A stretch of DNA of 54,392 nucleotides from Deltaproteobacteria bacterium (GTDB lineage Bacteria; Desulfobacterota; Deferrisomatia; Deferrisomatales; JACRMM01). Below are positions 52,099 to 54,392 of the stretch, piece after piece. The DNA lies in contig JBBIIA010000010.1 of the NCBI GenBank assembly GCA_037446775.1, positions 1-54,392 of the forward strand, read 5' to 3'. Position 1 is the first letter of the stretch. Each line of letters begins with the position of its first letter. The translations under genes were made by a program, and so were the position numbers. The notes under the pieces were generated by a model. The model searched no databases. It saw only the letters and a list, made by a program, of their open reading frames with translations, and was not told the origin of the DNA.

Positions 52099-54180
52099 AT
52101 GAAGCGCTACGAGGTGGAGAAGATCCGAAACGTCGCCCTCATCGGCCCCGGGGGGGCCGGCAAGACCAGCCTCGGCGAGGCGATCCTGTACACGACCGGG
52201 GTCTCCTCGCGCCTCGGCCGGGTTGACGACGGCTCCTCGACCCTCGACTTCGAGCCCGAGGAGAAGGCGCACCGCCTCACCATCTCCACCTCCCTGGCCA
52301 GCATCGAGGTCGACAAGCACAAGCTCAACCTCCTCGACACCCCCGGCTACGACGTCTTCCTGTACGACGCCCAGTCGGTCCTCCAGGGGGTCGACGCGGC
52401 GGTCCTGGTGGTGGCCGCCGAACCGGTGGTCAAGTTTGAAGCCAACAAGCTGTGGTCTTACTGCGACGACTACCAGCTGCCGCGGGCGGTGGTCATCAAC
52501 CGCCTGGACAGGGAGAACGCCACCTTCTCCGGGGCCCTCGAGGCGCTCCGGGAGGCCTTTGGGCCCTCCCTGGCCGCCCTCCACCTGCCCCTGGGAGCCG
52601 AGGCCGGGTTTCGGGGCTACGTCGACTTGATCCGCATGGTCGCGGTGAGCTTTCCGGCCGACGGGGCCAAGGGGACCGAGGGGCCGGTGCCGTCCGAGCT
52701 CGCCGCCGAGGCACAAGCCGCGCGGGACGTGCTGGTGGAGCACCTGGTGGAGACCGACGACCAGCTGATGGAGAAGTTCTTCGACGGCCAGGAGATCACC
52801 CTGGCCGAGCTCACCGGGGCCCTGCGCAAGGGGGTGGCCTCGCGCCAGGTGGTACCGGTACTGGCCGCCGCCGCCACCCGCGCCATCGGCGCCACCGCGC
52901 TCTTGGACTTCATCATCCAGGCGTTCCCCTCGCCCCAGGAGCGCCCCCCGGTCACCGGCACCGCCCCGGACGGCTCCGCGGCGGTGCGCGCCCCCAGGGA
53001 GGACGGCCCCTTCGCCGCCCTGGTCTTCAAGACCGTGTCGGACCCCTTCACCGGCCGGCTCAACTTGTTTCGGGTGCTGAGCGGCTCCCTCTCCTCCGAC
53101 TCCACGGTGTGGAACGCAACCCGGGGGGTCGAGGAGCGGGTCGGCCAGCTCTTCACCCTGGTGGGCAAGGAGACCAAGACCGTGCCCGTGGCGGGCCTGG
53201 GGGACATCCTAGCCGTCGCCAAGTTCAAGGAGACCACCACCGGGGACACCCTCACCGACAAGGCCAACCCCTTGCGCCTCCCCCGGGCCCAGCCCCCGGA
53301 GCCCCTGATGACCTTTGCCGTTTACCCCAAGGCCCGGGGGGACGAGGAGAAGATGGGCCAGGGCCTGCGGCGCATGCAGGACGAGGACTCGACCGTGCGC
53401 CTCAGCCGCGAGGAGCAGACCCACGAGCTCCTGGTGTCGGGCATGGGTCGGCTGCACATGGACATTCTGTGCGAGCGGATGAAGCGCAAGTACGGCGCCG
53501 ACGTCGAGCTGCGCCTGCCGAAGGTCCCGTACCGAGAGACCATCAAGGGCACCACCAAGGTCCAGGGCCGCCACAAGAAGCAGAGCGGCGGCCGGGGCCA
53601 GTTCGGCGACACCTGGATCGAGATCCGGCCCCTGCCCCGGGGGGAGGGTTTCCGCTTCGTGGACAAGATCGTGGGGGGTGCCATTCCCCGCCAGTACATC
53701 CCGGCGGTGGAAGACGGCATCCGGGAAGCGACCACCCACGGGATCCTGGCCGGCTACCCGGTGGTCGACCTGGAGGTCACCCTCTTCGACGGCAAGTACC
53801 ACGACGTCGACTCCTCGGAGATGGCATTTAAGATCGCCGGCTCCCTGGGCTTTAAGAAGGGCGCGGTGGAGTGCCGGCCCGTGCTCCTGGAGCCGATCAT
53901 GGAACTGGCCGTGCGCGTCCCCGACGCCTCCATGGGGGACATCATCGGCGACCTCAACTCCCGCCGGGGCCGGGTCCTGGGCATGGATCCCGAGGCGGGC
54001 ACCCAGGTAATCCGGGCCCACGTCCCCCTGTCGGAGGTCCTCGAGTACGCCCCCGACCTGCGGTCGATGACCTCCGGGCGCGGCACCTTCACCATGAAGT
54101 TCGACCACTACGACGAGGTGCCGGGCCACCTCTCCGAGAAGATCGTCGCCACGGCCAGAGCCGAGCGAGGCGACGACTAG
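52099..54180 (+). CDS. Elongation factor G paralog (EF-G-like GTPase with divergent G1 motif)
   Basis: 693 aa with five-domain EF-G organisation. G1 GPGGAGKTS, G3 DTPGY, G4 NRLD. Domain IV/V motifs HDVDSSEMAFKIAG and EPIMELAVRVP. ATG follows AAAGGAG. Confidence 0.9.
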   Translation: MKRYEVEKIRNVALIGPGGAGKTSLGEAILYTTGVSSRLGRVDDGSSTLDFEPEEKAHRLTISTSLASIEVDKHKLNLLDTPGYDVFLYDAQSVLQGVDAAVLVVAAEPVVKFEANKLWSYCDDYQLPRAVVINRLDRENATFSGALEALREAFGPSLAALHLPLGAEAGFRGYVDLIRMVAVSFPADGAKGTEGPVPSELAAEAQAARDVLVEHLVETDDQLMEKFFDGQEITLAELTGALRKGVASRQVVPVLAAAATRAIGATALLDFIIQAFPSPQERPPVTGTAPDGSAAVRAPREDGPFAALVFKTVSDPFTGRLNLFRVLSGSLSSDSTVWNATRGVEERVGQLFTLVGKETKTVPVAGLGDILAVAKFKETTTGDTLTDKANPLRLPRAQPPEPLMTFAVYPKARGDEEKMGQGLRRMQDEDSTVRLSREEQTHELLVSGMGRLHMDILCERMKRKYGADVELRLPKVPYRETIKGTTKVQGRHKKQSGGRGQFGDTWIEIRPLPRGEGFRFVDKIVGGAIPRQYIPAVEDGIREATTHGILAGYPVVDLEVTLFDGKYHDVDSSEMAFKIAGSLGFKKGAVECRPVLLEPIMELAVRVPDASMGDIIGDLNSRRGRVLGMDPEAGTQVIRAHVPLSEVLEYAPDLRSMTSGRGTFTMKFDHYDEVPGHLSEKIVATARAERGDD

Positions 54181-54189
54181 GAGGCCCAG

Positions 54190-54392
54190 GTGGCAGCAGA
54201 GCCCCGGAATCCGGAGCCCCCCCCCCTCGCGGGGGACCCGACTCCCCGCCGCGCCGGCCGGGTGGGCGCCTGGGCGCTGCTGGTCGCGTGCGCCCTCGGC
54301 GCCGCGCTCCAGGGGGCCGGCGTGCTCCTCCGGGACCGGCTGGAGGGCCGACGCCCGCCCCTCGCCGAGGCGCCCCCGGCCGCCCCCCCGGT
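54190..54392 (+). CDS. Hypothetical membrane protein, 5' fragment (runs off the window)
   Basis: GTG 54190 lies 5 nt after AGGAGG. The frame is open to the window end and has one hydrophobic segment (GAWALLVACALGAAL). Not in the ORF track because it is truncated. Confidence 0.35.
   Translation, partial: MAAEPRNPEPPPLAGDPTPRRAGRVGAWALLVACALGAALQGAGVLLRDRLEGRRPPLAEAPPAAPP

Overview
Very GC-rich bacterial chromosomal window, with third codon positions almost all G/C. As a result the six-frame track is full of long spurious antisense and alternative-frame ORFs. I can support about 50 genes. The gene content suggests an anaerobic, metal- or sulfur-respiring Desulfobacterota/Myxococcota-like organism; I cannot assign taxonomy from the sequence alone.

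Housekeeping blocks:
- polyprenyl synthase, DUF116, fmt, def
- maf, yggS, proC, yggT, DivIVA
- topA, smg, dprA, priA, dksA
- moaC
- a HemN-like radical SAM protein and an inositol monophosphatase
- birA, coaX and an EF-G paralog

Anaerobic respiratory and redox content:
- A NapC/NirT-anchored multiheme cytochrome with about 16 hemes.
- A large minus-strand hdr/flx-type cluster: HdrL-like 1474-aa fusion, MvhD, Fe-S protein, HdrC, HdrB, AsrA/HydB-like, AsrB/HydG/FlxA-like, rubrerythrin-like.
- A CbcL-like fusion of a nine-heme cytochrome c with a cytochrome b.

Other content:
- An MMPL/RND exporter, LolA-like protein and outer-membrane barrel trio.
- A VapBC pair.
- A DUF4143 ATPase/nuclease-fold gene.

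Most interesting observation: two divergently transcribed paralogs at 43468..44841 (-) and 44989..46398 (+). The ORF track splits each of them at a single in-frame TGA.
- In both, the TGA sits at the same aligned position in a conserved Cys-Gly-[TGA] motif.
- In both, a hairpin follows whose apex GGTCT lies at +19..+23 after the TGA.
- I read them as candidate periplasmic selenoproteins: signal peptide, degenerate 5'-nucleotidase/metallophosphoesterase-like scaffold, then a tetraheme cytochrome c domain.
- They sit next to the CbcL-like quinol-oxidoreductase-type gene.

Second theme: a family of intergenic repeats. One type is a CTCAGACCGTCGAGGTACGAGAGG...TTGACAGGAT inverted-repeat element present in 5 copies. 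The other is exact-period 7-9 nt tandem arrays that abut stop codons. Together they occupy every long spacer of the hdr/flx cluster.

No rRNA, tRNA, CRISPR array, transposase or integrase was recognised.
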